Shown here piece after piece: positions 13,301 to 23,741 of a DNA stretch of 64,000 nt. The notes below the pieces were generated by a model. The model was not told the origin of the DNA and ran no database searches. It worked only from the letters and a program-made list of their open reading frames with translations. How positions within the stretch are numbered: position 1 is the stretch's first letter; every line of letters begins with the position of its first letter. The stretch comes from Squalus acanthias. Taxonomy: Eukaryota. Location: NCBI GenBank assembly GCA_030390025.1, contig JASTWF010000035.1:2790001-2854000 (forward strand), written 5' to 3'. Both the position numbers and the translations under genes were made by a program.

Positions 13301-14043
13301 ACACAATGAATGGTAGGACCCTAGGAAGGACAGAGGATCAGAGGGACCTTGGTGTGCATGTACATAGATCCCTGAAGGCAGCAGGACAGGTAGATAAGGT
13401 GGTTAAAAAGGCATATGGGATACTTGCCTTCATTAGCCGAGGCATAGAATATAAGAGCAGGGAGGTTATGATGGAGCTGTACAAAACGCTAGTTAGGCCA
13501 CAGCTGGAATACTGTGTGCAGTTCTGGTCGCCACACTATAGGAAGGATGTGATTGCATTGGAGAGGGTGCAGAGGAGATTCACCAGGATGTTACCTGGGC
13601 TGGAGCTTTCAGCTATGAAGAGAGACTGGACAGGGCTGGGGTTGTTTTCCTTAGAGCAGAGAAGGCTGAGGCGGGACCTGATTGAGGTGTACAAAATTAT
13701 GAGAGGCATAGATAGGGAAGATAGAAAGGAACTTTTCCCCTTAGTAGAGGGGTCAATAACCAGAGGGCATAGTTTCAAGGTAAGGGGCAGGAGGTTTAGA
13801 GGGGATTTGAGGAAAAACTTTTTCACCCAGAGGGTGGTTGGAATCTGGAACTCACTGCCTGAAAGGGTGGTAGAGGCAGGAACCTTCACAACATTCAAGA
13901 AGCATTTAGGTGAGCACTTGAAACGCCATAGCATACAAGGCTACGGACCAAGTGCTGGAAAATGGGATTAGAATAGACAGGGCTTGATGGCCGGCGCAGA
14001 CACGATGGGCCGAAGGGCCTCTTTCTGTGCTGTGTCACTCTAT
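10385..14043 (+). mobile_element. Near-full-length but inactivated CR1-clade LINE: ORF1 SGNH esterase (~10456-11070), ORF2 APE endonuclease + reverse transcriptase (~11200-13971), 3' UTR
   Basis: ORF1 motifs VVGDSIVRG, HIGTND, DGLHLN; APE motifs GVYYRPP, GDFNFP, SDHN; RT motifs [25 protein letters not shown]; broken by stops, frameshifts and a small deletion near 12785; tail actctat(g). Confidence 0.95.
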
Positions 14044-14681
14044 GGGCTGGATTTTGATACTGGGGCGGGTTGGGGTCGTGTTATCCACCCGACTACAATT
14101 GGATGTGGGAGATTGATGCAATTTTCACCTAATTGGGCAATTGAGTTCCAGCATGTGGGAACCCATGAACCAATTAGTGGTTTCAGTCTGAAAGTCGCCT
14201 CTGATGATGTCATCATTGCTGCTGCATTGAAGGTCTTCAGAGACTGCCTGGCCTTTGCTGTGAGTGGACCTGGATGCAAAATGAGCAGCAGCTCAGAGAG
14301 AGAGAGAGAATTTTCAGACCTAATACTACTACTACCTTCATCACATCTCCGTTGTAATAGTGGACCTGCAGCTGATAGTCAGCTATCCACTTCTGCTCCC
14401 GCCAGGTTTCACTGGCATGTTTCACATCAGGCATGCTTCACGTGGGAAAAGGGTTAAACTAGCTAAAACGTTTCAAAATGGCATTACAGAGCCAATTTAA
14501 GGCTTGTTAAGGGCTTTAATGGCCTCTCCCGCCTCTTGGAGGCGGGACGGAGTCGGGAACACCGCACACGATTTTATCAAAATTGCATGGAGGCGGGATC
14601 AGGTCCGCCCGCCACTTTTCGCAATTTTAACCCCCCACACGCCTCCAAACCCGTCTCTACGGCCCTATGAAAATCAAGCCC
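14044..14681. mobile_element. Non-autonomous DNA transposon (MITE), probably PIF/Harbinger-like, 638 bp, inserted in the LINE tail
   Basis: TIRs GGGCTGGATTTTGATA / TATGAAAATCAAGCCC (14/16 match); 3-bp TSD TAT at 14041-14043 and 14682-14684; removing it restores the LINE tail actctatgactctatg. Confidence 0.75.
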
Positions 14682-14692
14682 TATGACTCTAT

Positions 14693-15210
14693 GCGCTCAA
14701 TTTTGCCAGGCCCGAGGAGGCGGGATAGGAGGCATGTGAGTTGTTAAAATCGCCAAAAATGGCAGGCGGGCCCGATCCCACCTCCGAGCAATTTTCCCAA
14801 AAGCGTGTTTTCTGACCCCTTTTCCATCCCGCCTCCAAGCAGCGGGATAGGCCCTTAAAGCCCTTAACAACCACTTAATAGCCTCTATAATCCCATTTTG
14901 AGAGCCCTTTCCGATTTTCAGTCATTCCCCCCATTCCTCACGCCTCCTCTGGAACACGCCAGGTAATGCTGGCGGCCTCACAAGTGGATTGCTTACGAAC
15001 AGCTGCAGCTCCACCATTACAAAGGAGTTTTCACCAATGATCATTTGCAGGTGGCAGAACTTTGTTGTTTCAGGTCTGGGGGAACTTTAGCAGGCATACT
15101 CAGTGTTGTGGAAGTTTGGAGCCTGACACCCATCTCCAGTGTTGACCTCCTGAAAACCCCTCTCCCCACCTTGACTAAGCACTTCCTCAACTGAGGCATA
15201 TACCAGAAGC
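14693..15210. mobile_element. Truncated related Harbinger-like MITE, inverted relative to the right end of 14044-14681
   Basis: 14693-14900 is a diverged reverse complement of ~14470-14681 (shared ttgttaagggctttaa, ttggaggcggga, aaaattgc); begins gcgctcaattttgcc. Confidence 0.6.
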
Positions 15211-15214
15211 ATGG

Positions 15215-18200
15215 CGACCTTTTTCCAATCTATTGCCGTTCAGATAATAATCTGTCTTCCTGTTTTTGCCACCAAAGTGGATAACCTCGCATTTATCCAC
15301 ATTATACTGCATCTGCCCAATCACCCAACCTGTCCAAATCATACTGGATTTTCTCTGCATCCTCCTCACAGCACACACGCCCACCCAGCTTTGTGTCATC
15401 TGCAAACTTGGAGATATTACATCTAGTTCCCTCGTCTAGATCATTATATATTGTGAATAGCTGGGGTCCTAGCACCGATCCCTGCGGTACCCCACTAGTC
15501 ACTGCCTGCCACTCGGAAAAAGACCCATTTATTCCAACTCTTTGCTTCCTGTCTGCCAACCAGTTCTCTATCCAAGTCAGTACCTTACCCCCAATCCCAT
15601 GTGCTTTAACTTTGCATGCTAATCTCTTATGCGGGTCCTTATCGAAAACCTTCTGAAAGTCCAAATATACCACATCCACTGGTTCTCCCTTATCTATTCT
15701 ACCAGTTACATCCTCAAAAAATTCCAGTAGATTAGTCAAGCACGATTTACCTTTTGTAAATCCATGTTGACTTTGTCCGATCCTGTCACTGTTTTCCAAG
15801 TGCTCTGCTATTACATCTTTTATAATGGACTCTAGCATTTTCCCCACTACCGATGTCAGGCTTACTGGTCTATCATTCCCCGTTTTCTCTCTACCACCTT
15901 TTTTAAATAGTGGGGTTCCATTAGCTACCCTCCAATCCATGGGAACTGTTCCAGAGTCTATAGAATTTTGGAAGATGACCAGCAATGCATCTACTATTTC
16001 TAGGGCCACTTCCTTAAGTACCCTAGGATGTAGATTATCAGGCCCTGGGGATTTATCGGCCTTCAATCCCATCAATTTCCCTAACACCATTTCCCTACAA
16101 ATACTGATTTCATTCAATTTCTCCCTCTCATTAGACCCAATGTTCCCCGACATCTCTGGGAGGTTATTTGTGTCCTCCTTTGTGAAGACAGAACCAAAGT
16201 ATGTATTTAATTGGGCAGCCATTTCTTTGTTCCCCATTATAAATTCCCCTGATTCTGACTGCAAGGGACCTACGCTTGACTTCACCAATCTTTTTCTCTT
16301 CACATATCTATAGAAACTTTTACAGTCAGTTTTTATGTTCCCTGCAAGCTTACTCTCATATTCTATTTTCCCTCTCTTAATTAATCCCTTTGTCCTCCTT
16401 TGCTGAATCCTAAACTGCTCCCAATCCTCAGGTTTGCTGCTTTTTCTGGCCAATTTATATGTCCTCTCCTTGGATCTTATGCTATCCCTAATTTCCCTTA
16501 TTAGCCACGGTTGAGTCACCTTTTTTGTTTTATTTTTATGCCAAACAGGGGTGAACAAATTCTGTAGTTCATCCATGCGATCTTTAAATGTTTGCCATTG
16601 TCTATCCACTGTCAACCCTTTAAGTAACGCTCCACAATCCATCCTAGCCAACTCGCGCCTCATACCATCGTAGTTTCCTTTATTTAAATTCAGGACTTTA
16701 GTCTCTGAGTCAACTACTTCACTCTCCATCTTAATGAAGAATTCTATCATATTATGATCGCTCCTCCCCAAGGGGCCTCGCAGAACAAGATTGCTAATTA
16801 ATCTTTTCTCATTACATAATACCCAGTCTAAGATGGCCTGATCTCTAGTTGGTTCCTCGACATATTGGTCCAGGAAACCATCCCATATACACTCTAGGAA
16901 TTCCTCCTCCACAGTATTGTTACTAATTTGGTTAGCCCAATCTATATGTAGATTAAAGTCACCCATGATAACTGCTGTGCCCTTATTGCACGCATCTCTA
17001 ATTTCCTGTTTAATGCCATCCCCAACCTCAGCATTACTGTTTGGGGGTCTGTATACAACTCCCACTAACGTTTTCTGCCCCTTGATATTCCTCAGCTCTA
17101 CCCATACAGATTCCACATCATCAGAGCTAATATCCTTCCTTACTATTGTGTTAATCTCCTCTTTAACCAGAAATGCTACTCCACCTCCTTTTCCTTTTTG
17201 CCTGTCCTTCCTGAATGTTGAATACCCCTGAAATCCCAGCCTTGGTCACACTGGAGCCATGTCTCCGTAATCCCAATTATATCATATCCGTTTATAGAAT
17301 TATAGAATCATACAAGATAGGAGCAGGAGTAGGCCATTCAGCCCCTCTAGCCCATTCAATGCGCTCATGGCTGATCATCCAAATTCAGTACCCTGTCCCT
17401 GCTTTCTCCCCATATCCCTTGATCCCTTTAGCCTTAAGAAATATATCCAACTCCTTCTTGAATCTATTTAATGAATTGGCCTCTACTGCCTTCTGTGGCA
17501 GAGAATTCCACAGGTTCACCACTCTCTGGGTGAAGAAGTTCCTCCTCATTTCTGTCCTAAATGGCTTACCCCTTATCCTTAGACTGTGACCCCTGGTTCT
17601 GGACTCCCCGACCATCGGGAACATCCTTCCTGCATCTAGTTTGTCCTGTCCTGTCAGAATTTTATAAGTTTCAATGAGATCCCCTCTCATTCTTCTAAAC
17701 TCCAGCAAGTATAAGCCCAATCGACCCAATCTCTCTTCATACGTCATTCCTGCCATCCCAGGTATCAGCCTTGTGAATCTTCGCTGAACTCCTTCCATGG
17801 CAAGAACATCCTTCCTCAGATAAGGTGACCAAAACTGCACACAGTACTCAAGGTGTGGTCTCACCAAGGCCCTGTACAACTGCAGCAAGACATCCTTGTT
17901 CCTGTATTCAAACCCTCTCGCTATGAAGGCCAACATACCATTTGCCTTCTTAACCGCCTGCTGCACCTGCATGCTTACCTTCATGACTGGTGCACAAGGA
18001 CACCCAGGTCTCGTTGCACTTCCCCTTCTCCCAATCTATTGCCATTCAGATAATAATCTGCCTTTCTGTTTTTGACACCAAAGTGGATAACCTCGCATTT
18101 ATCCACGTTATCTTGCATCTGCCACGCTTCTGCCCAATCACCCAACCTGTCCAAATCATCCTGGAGTTTCTCGGCATCCTCCTCGCAGCACACACGCCCA

Positions 18201-19070
18201 CCCAGTTTTGTGTCGTCTGCAAACTTGGAGATATTACATCTAGTTCCCTTGTCGAGATCATTAATATATATTGTGAATAGCTGGGGTCCAAGGACCGATC
18301 CCTGCGGTACCCCACTAGTCACTGCCTGCCACTCGAAAAAAGACCCGTTTATTGCAACTCTTTGCTTTCTGTCTGCCAACCAGTTCTCTATCCAAGTCAA
18401 TACCTTGCCCCCAATCCCATGTGCCTTAACTTTACACGCTAATCTCTTATGCGGGACCTTATCAAAAGCCTTTTGGAAGTCCAAATACACCACATCCACT
18501 GGTTCTCCCTTATCTATTTTACCAGTTACATCCTCAAAAAATTCCAGTAGATTAGTCTATTTGCGCAGCTAATTCATCCACCTTATTACGAATGCTCCTC
18601 ACATTAAGACACAAAGCCTTCAGGCTTGTTTTTTTAACACTCCTTGTCCTTTTAGAATTATTATTTACTGTAGCCCTGTTTGATTTACACCCTTGATTTC
18701 TCTGCCTTCCACTTTGCTTTTCTCCTTCCTGTCTTTTGTTTCTATCCTTGCTTCCCTTTCCTCTGTCTCCCTGCACAGGTTCCCAACCCCCTGCCATTTT
18801 AGTTTAAACCCTCTCCAACAGCACTAGCAAACACTCCCCCTAGGACATCGGTCCCGGTCCCGCCCAGGTGCAAACCATCCAGTTTGTACTGGTCCCACCT
18901 CCCCCAGAACCGGTTCCAATGTCCCAGGAATTTGAATCCCTCCCCCTTGCACCATTCCTCTAGCCACGTATTCATCTGAAATATCCTTCTATTTCTACTC
19001 TGACTAGCACGTGGCACTGGTAGCAATCCTGAGATTACTACCTTTGAGGTCCTATTTTTTAATTTACCTC
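15215..19070 (-). mobile_element. CR1-clade LINE fragment (ORF1 C-terminus, APE, most of RT), 3'-truncated and interrupted by a nested LINE at 17295-18555
   Basis: 604-aa ORF 15302-17116 with APE and RT motifs; catatccgttta (ends 17294) continues as tctatttgcgcagct (18556), matching the uninterrupted homolog at ~19630. Confidence 0.92.
17295..18555 (-). mobile_element. 5'-truncated CR1-clade LINE (RT C-terminal half + 3' UTR) nested in the previous LINE
   Basis: ORFs 17981-18499 and 17385-17984 with RT motifs; tail tagaattatagaatcata at 17295. Confidence 0.92.
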
Positions 19071-20630
19071 TAAATTCTATCATGTTATGGTCACTCTTCC
19101 CTGAAGGACCCCGCACAACAAGATTATTAATTAACCCCTTCTCATTGCACCATACCCAATGTGGGATAGCCTGTTCCCTAGTTGGCTTCTCAACGTACTG
19201 GTCTAAGAAACCATCTCGTACACACTCTAGGAATTCATCCTCCACAGTGTTATTGCTAATTTGGTTTGGCCAGTCTATATGTAGATTAAAGTCACCCATG
19301 ATTACTGCAGTACCCTTGTTACATGCATCTCTAATTTCCTGTTTGATGCCATCCCCTACATTACCACTACTGTTTGGAGGCCTATCGACAACTCCCACCA
19401 ATGTTTTCTGCCCCGTGGTGCTTCTTAGCTCCACCCAGACTGATTCTACATCTTGATTTTCTGAGCCAATATCCTTTCTCACTATTGTTCTGATTTCATC
19501 CTTTACTAACAACGCCACCCCACCTCCTTTTCCTTTTCGCCTGTCCTTCCTAAGTATCGAAAATCCTTGGATATTCAGCTCCCAGCCTTGGTCACCCTGC
19601 AGCCATGTCTCCACAATCGCAATTATATCGTATCCGTTTACATCTATTTGTGCTGTTAATTTGTCTACCTTATTACGAATGCTTCGTGAATTCAGATACA
19701 GTGCCTTTAGATTTGTCTTTAATATTTTTAGACATCTTAACATTTTTTTGTGCTATGGCCCTATTTGTCTTATTGCCATTTTTTCTTACCCGGACCCTAT
19801 TTGTTAGTGCACTCCTTTGTTTGTACGCTCTGTCCCTTTCTGACACAATCTGGTTATCCTTACCCCAATCACTTTCCTGCACTGCTTCCTTGTCTTTTCT
19901 CTTTAGCATTCTAAATTTCTCTCCACCGGGACCCTCCCACCCCTTATTTAGTTTGAAGCCCTATCTACCTCCCTGGTTATTCGATTCACTAGAACTCTGG
20001 TCCCAGCATGGTTCAGGTGTAGTCCGTCCCAACGGAACAGCTCTCTCTTTCTCCCAGTCCTGGTGCCAGTGTCCCACGAATCGAAACCCACTTCTCCCAC
20101 ACCAATCTTTGAGCCACGCATTCATCTCCCTGATCCTATTGACCCTATGCCAATTTGCTCGTGGCTCCGGTAATAATCCAGAGCTAATGACCTTTGTGGT
20201 TCTGCTTTTTAATTTAGTGCCTAGCTGCTCAAACTCTCTCAGCAGAACCTCTTTCTTTGTCCTACCTATGTCATTGGTACCTACGTCGACCACGACAACT
20301 GGATCCTCCCCCACCCCCCCCCCCCCCCACTCCAAATTCTTCTCCAGCCCGGAGGAGATGTCCTTTACCCTGGCACCGGGTAGGCAACATAGCCTTCGGG
20401 ACTCACGCTCCTGGCTGCAGAGAACAGTGTCTATCCCCCTAACTATACTGTCGCCTACTACAACCACCTTCCTTTTTACTCCCCCTACTTGAACGGCTTC
20501 CTGTACCACGGTGCCGTGGTCAGTTTGCGCGTCCTCCCCGTTGTCCCCGCACTGGTCCACAAGGGTTGCAAGAACCTCGAATCTATTGGACAAGTGCAGG
20601 GACTGAAGCTCCTGCAATACTACCTCCTGG
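19071..20630 (-). mobile_element. CR1-clade LINE 5' part (ORF1 esterase + APE up to SDHNMIEF), 3'-truncated
   Basis: ORF 19961-20659 (VVGDSIVRG, CCLPGARVKD, VGTND) and the APE part of ORF 18799-19743. Confidence 0.9.
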
Positions 20631-20634
20631 ATCC

Positions 20635-20912
20635 CAACGGGATTAGACAAAGTCAACATGGATTTATGAAAGGGAAATCGTGTTTGACAAACCTACTGGA
20701 GTTTTTTGAGGATGTAACTGGTAGAATAGATAAGGGAGAACCAGTGGATGTGGTGTATTTGCATTTTCAGAAGGCCTTTGATGAAGTCCCACATAAGAGG
20801 TTAGTGTGCAAAATGAAAGCACATGGGATTGGGGGTAATATACTGGCATGGATTGAAAATTGGTTATCAGACAGGAAACAGAGAGTAGGAATAAATGGGT
20901 CTTTTTCGGGTT
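20635..20912 (+). mobile_element. Internal CR1 RT fragment
   Basis: [23 protein letters not shown]...FQKAFDEVPH...[13 protein letters not shown]. Confidence 0.9.
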
Positions 20913-20993
20913 GGGACCCGCTCCCAATTTTTTCCATTTTCCCAGCAGTCCCACCTCCAAACCCGCCTCCTCAGGGCTGGTAAAATCCAGCCC
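20913..20993. mobile_element. Solo end of the Harbinger-like MITE family
   Basis: Ends cctccaaacccgcctcctcagggctggtaaaatccagccc, homologous to the right end/TIR of 14044-14681. Confidence 0.6.
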
Positions 20994-21254
20994 TTTGTGT
21001 TCTCCTCGCAGCTTACTGTCCCACCTAGCTTTGTATCGTCAGCAAACTTGGATACATTACACTCGGTCCCTTCATCTAGGTCATTAATATAGATTGTAAA
21101 TAGCTGAGGCCCCAACACTGATCCTTGCGGCACCCCACTAGTTACAGCCTGCCAACCTGAAAAAGACCCGTTTATCCCTACTCTCTGTTTTCTGTCTGTT
21201 AACCAATCCTCTATCCATGCTACTATATTACCCCCAACCCCATGAACCCTTATA

Positions 21255-21635
21255 AAAACATACATAAGAACATAAGACGTAGGAGCAGGAGTAGGTCATT
21301 TGGCCCCTCGAGCCTGCTCCGCCATTCAATAAGATCATGGCTGATCTGATCTTGGCCTCAACTCCACTTCCCTGCCCGCTCCCCATAACCCTTGACTCCC
21401 TTACCATTCAAAAATCCATCTATCTCCACCTTAAATATATTCAATGACTCAGCCTCCACAGCTCTCTGGGGAAGAGAATTCCAAAGATTCACGACCCTCT
21501 GAGAGAAGAAATTCCTCCTCATTTCCGATTTAAAAGGGTTTCCCCTTATTCTGAAATTATGCCGCCTAGTTCTAGATTCCCCCACGAGGGGAAACATCCT
21601 CTCTGCATTTACCCTGTCAAGCCCCTTCAGAATCT
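21255..21635 (-). mobile_element. CR1-clade LINE 3' fragment, nested
   Basis: ORF 21358-21597; tail acatacataagaacataaga. Confidence 0.9.
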
Positions 21636-21720
21636 TGTGTAATATTTATGTGGCACCGTATCAAATGCCTTTTGGAGATCCAAATATACTACATCCACTG
21701 GTTCCCCTTTATCTACCCTG

Positions 21721-21885
21721 ATGCGGAGATGCCGGTGTTGGACTGGGGTGGACAAAAGTGAGAAGTCGCACAACACCAGGTTATAGTCCAACAGTTTTAT
21801 TTGAAATCACGAGCTTTCGGAGCGCTGCTCCTTCGTCAGGTGAAGTGGACGAAGAGCAGCAGCTCCGAAAGCTTGTGATTTCAAA
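21721..21885 (-). mobile_element. 165-bp Penelope-like non-autonomous insertion with a short inverted 5' segment
   Basis: 13-bp TSD TTTATCTACCCTG (21708-21720, 21886-21898); 21721-21846 is nearly the reverse complement of 23697-23828; imperfect 38-bp arms 21800-21837/21848-21885 around a 10-nt loop. Confidence 0.85.
21807..21843 (-). ncRNA. Minimal type I hammerhead ribozyme motif
   Basis: Minus strand: TCAC-CTGACGA-A-GGAGC-agc-GCTCC-GAAA-GC-T-C-GTGA: core, stem I, stem II, palindromic AGCT stem III, UC cleavage site. Confidence 0.8.
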
Positions 21886-22985
21886 TTTATCTACCCTGCT
21901 AGTTACATCCTCAAAAAACTCTAATAAATTTGTCAAACACAATTTCCCTTTCATAAAACCATGTTGACTCTGCCTAATCATGTTATGATTTTCTAAGTGC
22001 CCTGATACCACTTCCTTAACAATGGATTCCAGCATTTTCCCGACGACTGATGTCAGGCTAACTGGCCTGTAGTTCCCTGTTTTCTCGCTCCCTCCTTTCT
22101 TGAATTACATTTGCTACCTTCCAATCCGCTGGAACCGTTCTAGAATCTAGAGAATTTTGGAAGATCAAAACCGATGCATCCACTATTTCTGCAGCCACCT
22201 CTTTTAGAGCCCTCGGAAACTTCTAGAGGCCATAATCTGGGACAAAATTAATTGCCACTTGGAAAAATATGAGTTAATAAATGACAGCCAACATGGATTT
22301 ATAAATGAAAATCATGTCTGACAAACTTGATTGAGTTCTTTTATGAATTAACGGAGAGAGTTGATGAAGGTCATGCGGTTGATGTGTGTATATGGAATTT
22401 CAAAAGGCGTTTGATAAAGTGCCACATAATAGACTTGTTTGTAAAATTGAAACCCATGGGATTAAAGGGCCAGTGGCTGCGTGGATACAAAATTGTCTGA
22501 GGGACAGAAAGCAGAGAGCAGTGGTGAACGCTTGTTTTTCACAATGGAGGGAAGTTTACAGTGGTGTTCCCCAGGGGTCGGTATTAGGACCACTGCTCTT
22601 TCTGATATATGTTAATGAACTGGGTATACAGAGCATCATTTCAAAGTTTGTAGATGACGCAAAACTCAGAAATGTAGTAAACAATGAGGAGGATAGTAAC
22701 AGACTTCAGAAGGACAGAGACAGGCTGGTGAAATGGGCAGACTCATGGCAGATGAATTTTAACGCAGAGAAGTGTGAAGTTGTACATTTTGGGATGAAGA
22801 ATGAGGAGAGGCAATATAATGGTACAATATTAAAGTGTGTGTAGGAACACAGAGACCTGGGGGTGTATGTACACAAATCTTTGAAGGTGGCTGGAGAATT
22901 TGATAAAGCTGTTAAAAATAAAATTGGCTTTCTAAATAGAGAGGTCGCACAACACCAGGTTATAGTCCAACAGTTTTATTTGAAA

Positions 22986-23027
22986 TCACAAGCTTTCGGA
23001 GCTATCGATTGCTCCTTCCTCAGGTGA
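22986..23027 (-). ncRNA. Minimal hammerhead ribozyme motif (mirror copy in the left arm)
   Basis: Reverse complement of 23700-23741. Confidence 0.78.
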
Positions 23028-23699
23028 AGTAAATTAGATACAGAATCGCCAAAGCATATATAGATAGAAAACAAAGCATGTGTACCTTACAATTGCAGAC
23101 CACCAAATTAAATCATCCTGACTATCTGCCGAGGTGTGATAAAGTTAATTAAGTCAGCCAGGAAGGTACCACATCAAAGACATAGCAAGATACAACTGAG
23201 ACAATGAGGTGTAGTCGCAGGGGTTCTAACGTGTCAAAAGCTGCCGTCTGTATGTAAAACGAAAAGCTTTAAAATTTTTACTTTTTTACTGGGAAAATTT
23301 TTACTTTTTTACTGGGAATCACATCTGTGAACAAGCTAACGACGACTCGAGTCCGGATCACGTCATGTATCCGGACTCGAGTCGTCGTTAGCTTGTTCAC
23401 AGATGTGATTCCCAGTAAAAAAGTAAAAATTTTCCCAGTAAAAAAGTAAAAATTTTAAAGCTTTTCGTTTTACATACAGACGGCAGCTTTTGACACGTTA
23501 GAACCCCTGCGACTACACCTCATTGTCTCAGTTGTATCTTGCTATGTCTTTGATGTGGTACCTTCCTGGCTGACTTAATTAACTTTATCACACCTCGGCA
23601 GATAGTCAGGATGATTTAATTTGGTGGTCTGCAATTGTAAGGTACACATGCTTTGTTTTCTATCTATATATGCTTTGGCGATTCTGTATCTAATTTACT

Positions 23700-23741
23700 T
23701 CACCTGAGGAAGGAGCAATCGATAGCTCCGAAAGCTTGTGA
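23700..23741 (+). ncRNA. Minimal type I hammerhead ribozyme motif
   Basis: TCAC-CTGAGGA-A-GGAGC-aatcgata-GCTCC-GAAA-GC-T-T-GTGA; predicted cleavage after 23737. Confidence 0.78.

Larger units (their letters stand above)
20994..22215 (-). mobile_element. Internal CR1 RT fragment carrying two nested insertions (21255-21635 and 21721-21885)
   Basis: RT peptides in ORFs 20867-21265 and 21781-22035 are collinear once the two insertions are removed. Confidence 0.88.

Noticed and set aside
10385..14043. Active autonomous LINE or domesticated esterase/RT gene
   Set aside because: ORF2 has several stops and frameshifts; an SGNH esterase ORF1 is an established feature of CR1-clade LINEs.
14693..20993. 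One composite DNA transposon bounded by the MITE ends at 14693 and 20993
   Set aside because: Ends are only moderately similar and the flanking trinucleotides differ (TAT vs TTT); more likely two independent fragments.
21900..22400. Twin-priming 5' inversion of a single LINE at the head-to-head junction ~22220
   Set aside because: The two sides overlap in RT coordinates and are clearly different subfamilies.
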